Source: a virus
Strand: one strand, 5' to 3'
DNA: 64,000 nt
IMG/VR virus record: IMGVR_UViG_3300028844_005393
Location: 16,181-80,180 of that record
Shown: positions 9,901 to 20,200 of the stretch, in pieces
Layout: every line of letters starts with the position of its first letter
Numbering within the stretch: position 1 is the stretch's first letter
Notes under the pieces: model-generated
The model's input: only the letters and a program-made list of their open reading frames with translations
Databases searched by the model: none
Told to the model about the DNA's origin: nothing
Position numbers and translations under genes: made by a program

Positions 9901-12612
9901 ATGGCAAGTAAAGATTCAAATTGTAAGGCCTGTGAAAAGAACTCCGGGAGTTCATCGCAATCTCAAATTGCTGGATTTGCATCAAACAATAACATGACAG
10001 GTGCACTTACCGCATCATTCGGAATGGCAGTTGACGGTGGAACTGCGGGAAAACTTGGTTCTCACTTTGGAGGAAAGTCTTCGGGTGACTTAATGAAGTT
10101 CATAGAAACACCTGGGAGCAATAAACAAAAAAGAGGAATGTCATCTGGACAAAAAAGCAAACACCTCATAAACTCTGTGGGACTTGGTAACTTTGGATTA
10201 AACTCTACACTAGAAAAGGGTATAATCGGATCTGTGGGGTCTGCTCGTGGTAACTCTTCATCGTTTTTAAAAGGAGACGCAACGGGTGCCTCAATGATAG
10301 CTGCATCTGCATTGGGTGTGGATATACCAAACGCAGATATGTTAGGAATAGGACCAAACGACACCCCAATGTTTAAATTATTCAAACTTGCCGGTTTTGG
10401 ACTAAAGATGTTGTGTGGTCAATTAAAGGGAAAACAAAAAGGGGGTCCTGGGGGTTACACATCCGACACAGAATCCGCACTGGGTTTACTTCTATCCATT
10501 GGAATTAATTTAGATTTATTATTTAGACTAAAAGCAATCTTCGATAAATTGATGAACTTAAAACCAAACTTTGGAATGTTTGGAATTCAAGATTTAAACA
10601 TTGCAGATGGATTATTTAATTTATGTGATTGGGTTGAAAATATGGAATACGGTTCGGATACAGTTGATAGTTTCCGAAAAACTTTTTCTAATATGATGAC
10701 CAACAAGGGTTTGACTGAAGCAGTAGGAAAAAATCTAATTTCAAACGGAACATACGACACATACGCCGCAAATGATTTTGGGTTTGATCAACAATTCAAA
10801 TCAATTGCAGGTGATATTGATATGTTAAAATGCGATGCTTGTAACTTTGGTAAAACCGACATACAACTATCTCAAGGAAATGAAGCAATTGCTCAATTAG
10901 AATTTGATCCAAGAACAGGATTAAATAGAGACAAGGGATACAATATAACACCAACCGAGGAACTTGGAAAAACAATGAACACGGGTGGTGGTTCATCAAA
11001 TGATGTAACGGGTTCCATAAGTGCCTCCGCATCAGGGGGGGTTCAGTCATCAATTAGTAAAACAGGTATAACAGGACCAACTGGAAGTGCGGGTGTTTCT
11101 GGATCAACAGGATCGTCTATTAAAGGAAGAAGTACGACTAATATAACAGAAAAATCAGCAAGTCGTGGATACGATGGGTTTACGGGTTCTACTGAAAATC
11201 AATCTAACAACCAAGATGTATCAAATTTAAATAAATCATTGGGTGGTGGTAACACCGCATCTCAAACAAAATCTGGTATAAGTTATACATCAATTAATCC
11301 TTCAATTGAATTTGTTGATGATAAAAAAACGCAGAAAACTTTAAGTGATCAACAATCTCAACAAACTACGTCAACTGATAATATTAAAAAAGAAATTTCG
11401 GTTGAGGAAACTAAATACTCACAAAAATCAATTTCAACCCAGATTGGTGAATCTAATCAAAAAACAAAACCAACACAATCTTCGGAAAATAAAACGGATT
11501 CAAACAAACCAAAATCAATCAAAGAACAACTCGGTGAAGATTCTGATGAAGATGAAGAGGAAAGAATATCCACTTCAATAGATGAAACAAAAGTAAAATC
11601 AGACTCAAGTAAAATTGATAAAAGTTCAAATAAAACTTCATCGCAAAATGAAGACGAACTGGAGAGGGAAATTAAACAAGATAAAACAAGGTCACACCAA
11701 GTCAGAAAAGAAGAAAAAGAAACAGATGCAAGTGACGAAGATAAAAGTGATCCAAAAAACGCAAAGAAAAATGCCGGAGTAACTTATGAATCAGAAAACA
11801 AAAGTGTAGTATATGATACATACACAGATGATAGTGGTGACATCAAAGAAGATAAATATGAGAAAAAAGATGGAGATAAAAACTTTAAGAAAACTGAAAG
11901 CAAAACAATACAGAAAAAACCAGCAGGTGGTCCTCCTGCCGATGCAGATGCCGATGAAGTAACCTCGTTTCACACGGGAGAAACAATTAAACGAGAAGAA
12001 CTCAAAGGAACCGTTTTGGAAAATGCAGACATGAATGCGGTTGGTTTGATACACCCAAACGATTTAAAAAATCTAAAAGACACAGAGAAAGTGCAAAAAA
12101 CTCTAGCAGATGCGGAAAAGGTGTATGATAAAACATTTGCAACTGAAATTGAAAAAACAGAAAATCTGGTTTTATCGGAACAATCTGACGGAATTATATT
12201 CGGTGCTCAACTTCCAACACTAAACGGAAACCAAATAGTGATAAACTCAGAACGAGTTTTAATTTCCGCAAAAACACAAGAGTGTGGTATCTTTTCTAAA
12301 AGAAAGTTTTTTGTATCAACGGATGATGAAATTACAATGAATGCAAAGCAACGAATTGTTTTGAAAACTGATATGCACACATCAATAGAATCACCAACAA
12401 TTCACTTGGGTGTTTATACAACAAGAAACCACCCGTCACTTAAAGGTGATTGCACAGTTTGGTGGTTGCAAGATTTGTGCGATTGGTTAGCAGGTCATAC
12501 ACATAGTGACCCGTGGGTGACCACAGGAACACCAACTCAACAAGGTTCGCTGGCAGCTTTAAGAGCAAGAGCACCAACTTTATTGAGTGAACGAATATTT
12601 ATATCTGGATAG
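9901..12612 (+). CDS. Spike C-terminal beta-helix protein with a long low-complexity N-terminal region
   Basis: C-terminal GNQIVINSERVLISAK..SIESPTIHLG beta repeats and an HTH (HxH) apex motif; Gly/Ser-rich and charged disordered middle. Confidence 0.6.
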   Translation: MASKDSNCKACEKNSGSSSQSQIAGFASNNNMTGALTASFGMAVDGGTAGKLGSHFGGKSSGDLMKFIETPGSNKQKRGMSSGQKSKHLINSVGLGNFGLNSTLEKGIIGSVGSARGNSSSFLKGDATGASMIAASALGVDIPNADMLGIGPNDTPMFKLFKLAGFGLKMLCGQLKGKQKGGPGGYTSDTESALGLLLSIGINLDLLFRLKAIFDKLMNLKPNFGMFGIQDLNIADGLFNLCDWVENMEYGSDTVDSFRKTFSNMMTNKGLTEAVGKNLISNGTYDTYAANDFGFDQQFKSIAGDIDMLKCDACNFGKTDIQLSQGNEAIAQLEFDPRTGLNRDKGYNITPTEELGKTMNTGGGSSNDVTGSISASASGGVQSSISKTGITGPTGSAGVSGSTGSSIKGRSTTNITEKSASRGYDGFTGSTENQSNNQDVSNLNKSLGGGNTASQTKSGISYTSINPSIEFVDDKKTQKTLSDQQSQQTTSTDNIKKEISVEETKYSQKSISTQIGESNQKTKPTQSSENKTDSNKPKSIKEQLGEDSDEDEEERISTSIDETKVKSDSSKIDKSSNKTSSQNEDELEREIKQDKTRSHQVRKEEKETDASDEDKSDPKNAKKNAGVTYESENKSVVYDTYTDDSGDIKEDKYEKKDGDKNFKKTESKTIQKKPAGGPPADADADEVTSFHTGETIKREELKGTVLENADMNAVGLIHPNDLKNLKDTEKVQKTLADAEKVYDKTFATEIEKTENLVLSEQSDGIIFGAQLPTLNGNQIVINSERVLISAKTQECGIFSKRKFFVSTDDEITMNAKQRIVLKTDMHTSIESPTIHLGVYTTRNHPSLKGDCTVWWLQDLCDWLAGHTHSDPWVTTGTPTQQGSLAALRARAPTLLSERIFISG

Positions 12613-12625
12613 AAAGGTTACAAAA

Positions 12626-13039
12626 ATGAAAAAAAACGATCTAATAAAATTAATAAGAAGTGCAGTAAGAGCAGAACTCAACGAGTGCTTACCAAAAATG
12701 TTATCTGAAATAGTAGGCACACAAGCACCTGCCAAGAAAACTAAAGATGACCCACTTGAACTCACAAAAAGTGTTTTAAAGAATGTACAAACTGAAGAAG
12801 TTAAAGCAACTAAACCACAAAAAATCTTCAGTAAAAACGAAGCACTAAATCGTGTTTTAAATGAAACGGTGGGTGGGATACCAGCAGAGGGTTCTAAGGT
12901 TGGAAACGGAAATGGCATGACTGACCTGCAAGGAAACCAAGTAGATGTAAATGAACTACCTGATCATTTATCCAATGCATTAACTAGAAATTATAGTGAT
13001 GTATTAAAACTGGTTGATAAAAAACGAGGTAAAGTTTAA
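12626..13039 (+). CDS. Hypothetical protein
   Basis: ATG at 12626; begins with the MKKNDLIKLIRSAVRAEL helix shared with other late ORFs. Confidence 0.7.
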   Translation: MKKNDLIKLIRSAVRAELNECLPKMLSEIVGTQAPAKKTKDDPLELTKSVLKNVQTEEVKATKPQKIFSKNEALNRVLNETVGGIPAEGSKVGNGNGMTDLQGNQVDVNELPDHLSNALTRNYSDVLKLVDKKRGKV

Positions 13040-13425
13040 TGAATAGTGATGTTCCATTGGGTATTAAAATTCCTTATGCAAGAGGTCAACGGGGTTTCTT
13101 TGATCAAACTTATTCTGATATAGAAAGAGCACACACTAATTTAAAAATGTTGCTAATGACTGCAAAGGGAGAAAGACCAATGATGCCAACATACGGAAGT
13201 GATTTAAGAAGTTTGTTGTTTAATCCTGCGGAAACTGAATATGATGAACTTTTAAAAGAAGCAGTATATGATGCAACCGAAAAGTGGATGCCAGAGGTAG
13301 TTATAAGAGATGTAGATGTGGAACGGGACTTATCCAGTGCACCAAACACCGCAATTCTTAAAATTAAATTTTCAATAAACTCAATACCAGACTCATACGA
13401 AATAATGGAACTAGAGGTAGCATAA
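13039..13425 (+). CDS. Baseplate wedge subunit, gp25-like
   Basis: NLKMLLMTAKGERPMMPTYGSDLRSLLFNP..W.PEV is the GPW/gp25 signature. Confidence 0.92.
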   Translation: MNSDVPLGIKIPYARGQRGFFDQTYSDIERAHTNLKMLLMTAKGERPMMPTYGSDLRSLLFNPAETEYDELLKEAVYDATEKWMPEVVIRDVDVERDLSSAPNTAILKIKFSINSIPDSYEIMELEVA

Positions 13426-15395
13426 TGGCAAGTGAACTATACAAATCAGCATCGGCTGGAAAAAAAGATATTAAGTATACAGGAAAGGATTTTAATTCTT
13501 TTAGAAAAAACTTAGTTGAATATGCAAAATCATACTATTCTTCTAGTTATCGTGATTTTAGTGAAAATTCTACTGGTATGATGTTCATAGAACTTGCTAG
13601 TTATGTCGGTGATGTTTTATCTTATTATATTGACCATCAATTCAAGGAAGGTTTTTTACAATATGCGTCCGAGAGAAAAAACATTATAAGTTTAGCAAAT
13701 TATTTAGGATACAAAATAAGAACATCTGTATCAGCAACAACAGAATTAGAAGTGTTTCAACTCGTTCCTTCTAAAATAGGGTTTAGTGGAAAAATGGAAC
13801 CTGATTTTAGATATGCTCTAAATATTCAAGAGGGAATGGAAATTTCCTCAAGTGATGGAACTTCCCCATCATTTAGAACATTAAGTCAAATAAACTTTAA
13901 CGAAGATAAAAAAGACTCAATGCGTGAGGTAAGTGTATATGAACGAGATTCAATTGGCCAACCGACCTTTTATTTATTAAAGAAACGATGCTTGGCAAGT
14001 GCTGGAACTCTGATGACAAAAACAATAAGTGTAGGTGAACCAACTGAGTTTTTTGAAGTATTACTATCCGAAACAAATGTAATAGAAATTCTTTCAGTGG
14101 AAGATTCTACCGGAAACAAATATTATGAAGTTCCATATTTGGCACAAGATACAATTCCGATAGAAGAATCGAATGATTACAAAAATAACCCTTTGTATGC
14201 AAAATATTCCGACTCCATTCCTTATATCCTCAAATACATAAAAACTTCAAGAAGATTTACAACAATAGTAAATTCTGATAATACAACTACTTTAGAGTTT
14301 GGTGCTGGTAGTGATAAATTTGACGATGAAATTATAATTCCAAATTTAAATAATTTAGGTAAAACTGTGAATTCTGCAAAAAGTTTAGAACGTGGAATTG
14401 ATCCTAGTAATTTCCTTAAATCAAATAGTTATGGAACTGCACCTGCGAATACAAGATTGACTATTAAGTATTACATTGGTGGTGGGGTTTCCTCTAATGT
14501 AGGAGCAAATACTCTTAATACAATTCAAAGTATAAAGTTTCAAGAAACAACAGAATATTTAGATCTATCTGAACAAGCATCGGTTGACACAATTAAATCA
14601 AGTGTACAAGTAAACAACCCACTTCCTGCAACCGGAGGAAAGTCGGCCGAGACTGATGAAGAAATACGACAAAATGGTTTAGCATCATTTTCCTCACAGC
14701 ATCGTGCGGTTACACGAGATGATTATGTAATTCGTGCTATGTCCATGCCACCAAAGTTTGGAAGCATCGCAAAAGCATATGTTTCCAAAGACGGAATATT
14801 AGATACAAAGAGTCAAACAAACATATTCAAGGACGCATTTAATGACGAAGTAAAGGTATCACCCAATGGAATGAACATTGTTTATGGAGAATTAAACAAT
14901 CCACTTGCAATAAATCTTTATGTTTTGTCATATAATAAAAACAATCATCTAATAAGACCCAACGAACTAATTTTAAAAAATTTAAAAACTTATTTAGGTA
15001 AATATAGAATATTGACAGATGGAATTAATATAACAAATGCGTTTATAATAAATTTCGGAATAAACTTTGAAGTATCTGTTTTTGAGAATTTTAATAAAAA
15101 AGAAATTTTAATAAATTGTATTAACGAATTATCAGATATGTTTACAACTGACAAAGTTTCAATAATGCAACCAATAGAAATGGGTGAGATAGAACTAAAA
15201 CTATCTAAAGTGTCTGGAGTTAGATCGGTACTAGATGTACAAGTAAAAAACCTTACAACAGAAGATGGAGATTACTCCGAAAATGAATATGATATAGAAG
15301 CAGCCACCGTTGGTAAAACCATATATCCATCAATGGACCCTTCTATATTTGAATTAAAATTTCCAGAAAAGGATATAGTTGGAAGGATAATGTAA
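13425..15395 (+). CDS. Baseplate wedge subunit, gp6/baseplate J-like
   Basis: KDF...RKNL..Y..DF...S.G..FIELASYVGDVLSYY.D; GG...ET.EEIR; RAVTRDDY. Confidence 0.9.
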   Translation: MASELYKSASAGKKDIKYTGKDFNSFRKNLVEYAKSYYSSSYRDFSENSTGMMFIELASYVGDVLSYYIDHQFKEGFLQYASERKNIISLANYLGYKIRTSVSATTELEVFQLVPSKIGFSGKMEPDFRYALNIQEGMEISSSDGTSPSFRTLSQINFNEDKKDSMREVSVYERDSIGQPTFYLLKKRCLASAGTLMTKTISVGEPTEFFEVLLSETNVIEILSVEDSTGNKYYEVPYLAQDTIPIEESNDYKNNPLYAKYSDSIPYILKYIKTSRRFTTIVNSDNTTTLEFGAGSDKFDDEIIIPNLNNLGKTVNSAKSLERGIDPSNFLKSNSYGTAPANTRLTIKYYIGGGVSSNVGANTLNTIQSIKFQETTEYLDLSEQASVDTIKSSVQVNNPLPATGGKSAETDEEIRQNGLASFSSQHRAVTRDDYVIRAMSMPPKFGSIAKAYVSKDGILDTKSQTNIFKDAFNDEVKVSPNGMNIVYGELNNPLAINLYVLSYNKNNHLIRPNELILKNLKTYLGKYRILTDGINITNAFIINFGINFEVSVFENFNKKEILINCINELSDMFTTDKVSIMQPIEMGEIELKLSKVSGVRSVLDVQVKNLTTEDGDYSENEYDIEAATVGKTIYPSMDPSIFELKFPEKDIVGRIM

Positions 15396-16633
15396 TGATA
15401 AAATTTATTTACCCAGTCGCAAATTGCACAATGTATAGTAACTACGAAATATTAAATACAGGTGCAGACGAAATTATTGAAATTTCATCCGAGTTCACCC
15501 CGAGTTCAGGACCTATGGTAGCAAGAACTTTGATAAAATTTTCTGATGAAGATATTTTTACAAACTATAAAGAAACAAATTCATATATTCTTAATTTAAA
15601 GGTTGTAAAAAGTATAGAACTATCAGAAACATCAGAACTAGAAATATTTCCTGTAACACAAGAATGGGATGCCGGTGTTGGTAGATTTGCTGACAAGGAA
15701 ACAACTTATCCTGGTGCATCTTGGTTATACAGAAATGAAAAAAATGAACCTTGGGATGGTGGTCAAAATCAAGCCGAGTTTGATCAAGGTGGTGGTTCTT
15801 GGTTCTATAAATACTATGACACAGAACTTGAAATAGAGTCTGAATTAAACATGACATACTCTTTCAATAAAGTATCATCTGATGTAAAGGTTAATATCAC
15901 TAAACTTGTAGATTTTTGGAATGCAAATGCAATTGAAAATAATGGAATGTTATTAAAATTTAAAGATGACAAGAGTAAAAGAAACGGAAATGTTAAATTT
16001 TTCTCACAAAATACAAACACAATATATCGTCCTTACATAGAGATTGGAGTTGATGACTATAAGTTTAGTCCTTTTGTATATAAAACAAAAAATGTGTCGG
16101 GTTCTTCGAACACAGGATCACTAGAAACAGGATCACTAGAAACAGGATCACTAGAAACAGGATCACTAGAAACAGGATCACTAGAAACAGGATCACTAGA
16201 ATCTAGTTCATTGGACTCTGGTTCTGTAAAAATAAAATCACTACCAACTGATATAGAAGAAGTGGAAACCAATGACATAAATGTATTTGTAGAAAATGTA
16301 AATGAAACTTATTCTAAATCTGATATACATAAAATAGTGGTGGGTGTCCGTGAAAAGTATCCAAAGAAAAAATTTACAAACAGAATGAGGTACACAAGTA
16401 AAAATATAACTACAAAAAACATTTCTTTTTCAGTATTAGATGCTGAAACGCAAGAAGTAATTATAGATCACTCTGAATATACAAAAATTTCATGCGACAA
16501 AAACGGACATTATTTTAAATTTAATTTTGATTGCTTATCAAGAGGTCGTATGTATAAGTTTGTTTTACAACTAAATGATGAGGGATTTAGAGTAAAATAT
16601 GATGACACTAGAACATTTATGGTAATAAGTTAA
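15395..16633 (+). CDS. Virion structural protein (baseplate region) containing (TGSLE)6
   Basis: Operon context; NTGADEI, W..G.G, NNG.LLK, KFFS..T.TIY.P motifs. Confidence 0.65.
   Translation: MIKFIYPVANCTMYSNYEILNTGADEIIEISSEFTPSSGPMVARTLIKFSDEDIFTNYKETNSYILNLKVVKSIELSETSELEIFPVTQEWDAGVGRFADKETTYPGASWLYRNEKNEPWDGGQNQAEFDQGGGSWFYKYYDTELEIESELNMTYSFNKVSSDVKVNITKLVDFWNANAIENNGMLLKFKDDKSKRNGNVKFFSQNTNTIYRPYIEIGVDDYKFSPFVYKTKNVSGSSNTGSLETGSLETGSLETGSLETGSLETGSLESSSLDSGSVKIKSLPTDIEEVETNDINVFVENVNETYSKSDIHKIVVGVREKYPKKKFTNRMRYTSKNITTKNISFSVLDAETQEVIIDHSEYTKISCDKNGHYFKFNFDCLSRGRMYKFVLQLNDEGFRVKYDDTRTFMVIS
16112..16201 (+). repeat. Perfect 15-bp tandem repeat, 6 copies (ACAGGATCACTAGAA)
   Basis: Six nucleotide-identical in-frame units encoding TGSLE. 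Confidence 0.95.
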
Positions 16634-16634
16634 T

Positions 16635-17213
16635 ATGAGTGACGCAAGAAACATACCAGAGTATTTAAAAAACGAAGAATTTAATCAAGAAGAATTGATT
16701 AGAGTGTTTAAAGGTGACATCCAAATAAACGAAAATACAGATGACACCGGAAATCAAATTATTGACATGAACACAGATGACCTGGTTAATAATGTTTCAA
16801 TTATATCTCAAAGTAGAACCGAATACTCAAGTGATAAGATAGAACAATCATATGAAACAAATTTTAGTGAACTTTTAAACGAAAGTGAAATAAAAGAAAA
16901 TATTATGATTGAGGATGACATTAAGCAACTTAGTGAGGATCAACTAAAACGAGAAGCAGTTCTCGAAAATCAATTAGACGAACTTTCTAAGGTACTTGAA
17001 AGAGAGTCACAGAAAAACATAAAGATGCAGGAAGACGCAGAACAAAACTATAAATCAATGAAGTCTGTAATCGTAGAACAACGAATAAAAAACGGAGAAG
17101 GAAAGTCCGAGTCAGACTTTAAAGACTCATTTCCGTTTCTTCCCAAAAATTCATCCAACGCAAAAGACGATACTTCGTTCAATCCATCACCGTATGCAAT
17201 AGATACTACATAA
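16635..17213 (+). CDS. Hypothetical acidic coiled-coil protein
   Basis: 192-aa ORF within the baseplate operon. Confidence 0.7.
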   Translation: MSDARNIPEYLKNEEFNQEELIRVFKGDIQINENTDDTGNQIIDMNTDDLVNNVSIISQSRTEYSSDKIEQSYETNFSELLNESEIKENIMIEDDIKQLSEDQLKREAVLENQLDELSKVLERESQKNIKMQEDAEQNYKSMKSVIVEQRIKNGEGKSESDFKDSFPFLPKNSSNAKDDTSFNPSPYAIDTT

Positions 17214-17230
17214 TATAAAAACAAAGGGTT

Positions 17231-20200
17231 ATGACAAAGATTTTACAACATACATTTGCTTCATCGGCAGATAATGAAAATAATATACTAAGACATATTA
17301 GTTTAAGTTCGGATGACTTTAATAAAATTAAAGAATCCGAATCAAGTGGCGAGTTGTTTGGGGTAAACTCAAAAGATGTTATAGAGTTTTCTGCATTTAC
17401 CCAATCAAATGAACTTGTTGGTTGGAAAACCATTGAACAGGCACCGAGTTATTCAACCAAAAATATTACGCATCTAAATACATCAGGTGAACTAGAAAAT
17501 AAAACAATTTCTTACTTACAATCTTTGTATCCAAAAACAAAAAACGGAGAAGTAATAATTTCTCCTAAACACGAACTCGGTCTGCTTGGAATAGAACAGG
17601 GTGAGTATAAAATACGAATTTCGTACAAAAATGATATAGTTGGTTCGTTTGATAATCCATATAAATTTGAAATAAAAGAAATATCCAGTTCAAGAACAGA
17701 GATAAAAGCAGTAGCACAATCTTTTAAAAATTCAGTAAATCCGAACCAAGTTTCTTTGAATTTTGAATACTCAAACTTTATTAATAGACGAATTGTAGTA
17801 GCACATATACTTGAAAAAACTAAAGATTTACTTTTAACAAAATCATTCAAAGACGAACTTGAAACAAAAGAATTTTCAGCAAAAACATCTGACTATGAAT
17901 TGTATATTGAAAAAACCAAAAAAGCATTTTCTTTAAGTGAACTTGAGATTCTAACAGAGCTTGATTCAATTTATACAAATCTAAAAGATACATACACTAA
18001 TTTTTTATACGGAAGTTATAATGAGGTATTTACCGAAGGTAGATTTTATACCGAGTTCGTAAATTTAGTTGATTATACACTCAGCACCTTTTCTAGATTT
18101 GTACAAGAAGACAACAAAGATATTCGTCTTTTTTACAAGTTTATGTTGTTACAAATGTACGATGAAAGTGTAATAACTAATGTATACAAAAAAAGATTTG
18201 ATACATATCTCAACAATGGAATGAACTTTGGAAATGGTTTATATATTCCATTTTTAAGATATACGAGTTACACAGATGATTCTCTTGCGGAAAATTCAAA
18301 TGATGTATTACTAATAAAATTATTAACGCCCTTGGAGGACAATATAGAAGAGGGTGTAAACTTTTATATATCACAAACTCCGTATTCTGATGATATAATA
18401 AAAAGTTTGGTATTAAGAACAATAGCAGAAAAAAGTTCAAATACATTTAAACTAAGAGGACCGAATATATCCACAAAACTTACATCAAACTCAACAAAGA
18501 AATATTCACTCAGTGACGAAGAAAAAACCGAATCGTTAGGTAGAGATGAAACAAGTGCAGAAAACTTTTTTAAGACCACAAATACCGAAATAGAAAATCT
18601 TAATATTGATTATTCTGATTTTAAAAATTTTGTAAAATACTCATCTGCTCGTTCTAGGTTGGATAACTTTATATTAAAATTAACAAATATTTCTAAGTTA
18701 AAGTTTAAAATAAACGAAACAATTAGAAATATAAATAAATTAGACAGAGATGTTGCCGAGGGGTTGGTGGGTGCAAATGAAGCAGAGCGTTCCAAAGAAG
18801 TATTAAAAAACGAAGACATTAAAAAATATAATGAATCTATAATAGAAATATTTAAGTCATTTACTCCATACGATAAGTTTTTATACTTTGATGATAATGA
18901 AGCAGCCTGGCCACGAGAAACTTCATTTCAAATAAGTGGTTTTGTTGGTAAAAATAATTACTTAATTAAAAGTGCAAATGGTTTCTATAAACTTCATGCG
19001 TCAAGAAAATATGATATAGACAAAGTGTTTATAAACGAAGACAACCATTCGTGGCAAATACGATGGGACGCAATTGTATCCAAATGGAGATTATTCAACG
19101 AGGATTCGGATGACTACATTTACTCAAATAACTCAAACTTAAATTCAGGATTCACGGCATCAGAAACAAATCAAAGTGGATTTGATTCAGAATCTTCATT
19201 GTTTAAACTTGGAACACTTGAAGATGACTACACACAAGGAAAGGCGGTGTTTCCACCCGAATTAATACCGACTACGGTAATTGATTTTCAAAAAACAGAA
19301 GGATACAACTGGTATCAAATAAAAGCAAAAGAAGCAGATTTATACGATAGATATAACGATGATTCACTTAGAAATAGTATTCCTGAATTTTTGGTAAGAA
19401 CAAATGAAAATGATGAATTTACTTTGTTTTTAGATATGATAGGTGAGCAGTTTGATATATTGTCGGTGTATGCAGAAAATATGCGAGAAGTTTCATATGC
19501 AAGAAATTCATTAAACAAGGGAATTCCTAATCAGTTAGTATGGTTTGTTATGAACTCATTTGGAGTTCGTTTGTCGGGAAGAACCACCGACGACTCTACA
19601 ATAGGAAAGCAATTTGAAGAAAATCGTGATATAGTATGGAGACGTATATTAAACAACCTTCCTTATATATTAAAAACAACAGGTACAGAAAACTCAATAA
19701 GAGCATTATTTAGATGCTATGGTATACCCGATCACCTTTTCAAAATAAGAGAATATGGAGGAATAAACTATAATACAGACACAGAAGACTCAGATGCAAA
19801 TTTTAAAATAAGTACATTTGATTATTCACTCCAAGTTGACGAACCTGATCAGTATTTGCACATTCCAATTGACCTTGGTGAGACGAATACCAACTCGTGT
19901 GCATTTGAAATGAAACTAACAACACACGCAGAGTTTTTTGAACAAATTCAGGATACAGAAACATTTGACGAACTAAACTCAGGTACATTACCTGCAAATA
20001 CAGGAACATCAGTAAGTATTTCTAATTTAATAAACTCGGAAGATGATTACATAATAAACTCTACTTCACCTACATTTTATAGCAAACATAAAGATGAGGT
20101 TTCGTTTGTACCTGAAAAATGGAAACATACAAAAAGCACAATGGCAATTTCTTGGAAAAACTTCCGAGAAGGTGTTTCGTTTTCATACCCACAAGTAACC

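Noticed and set aside
16112-16201. Possible CRISPR array
   Set aside because: 15-bp units are directly adjacent with no spacers and are in frame within a CDS.
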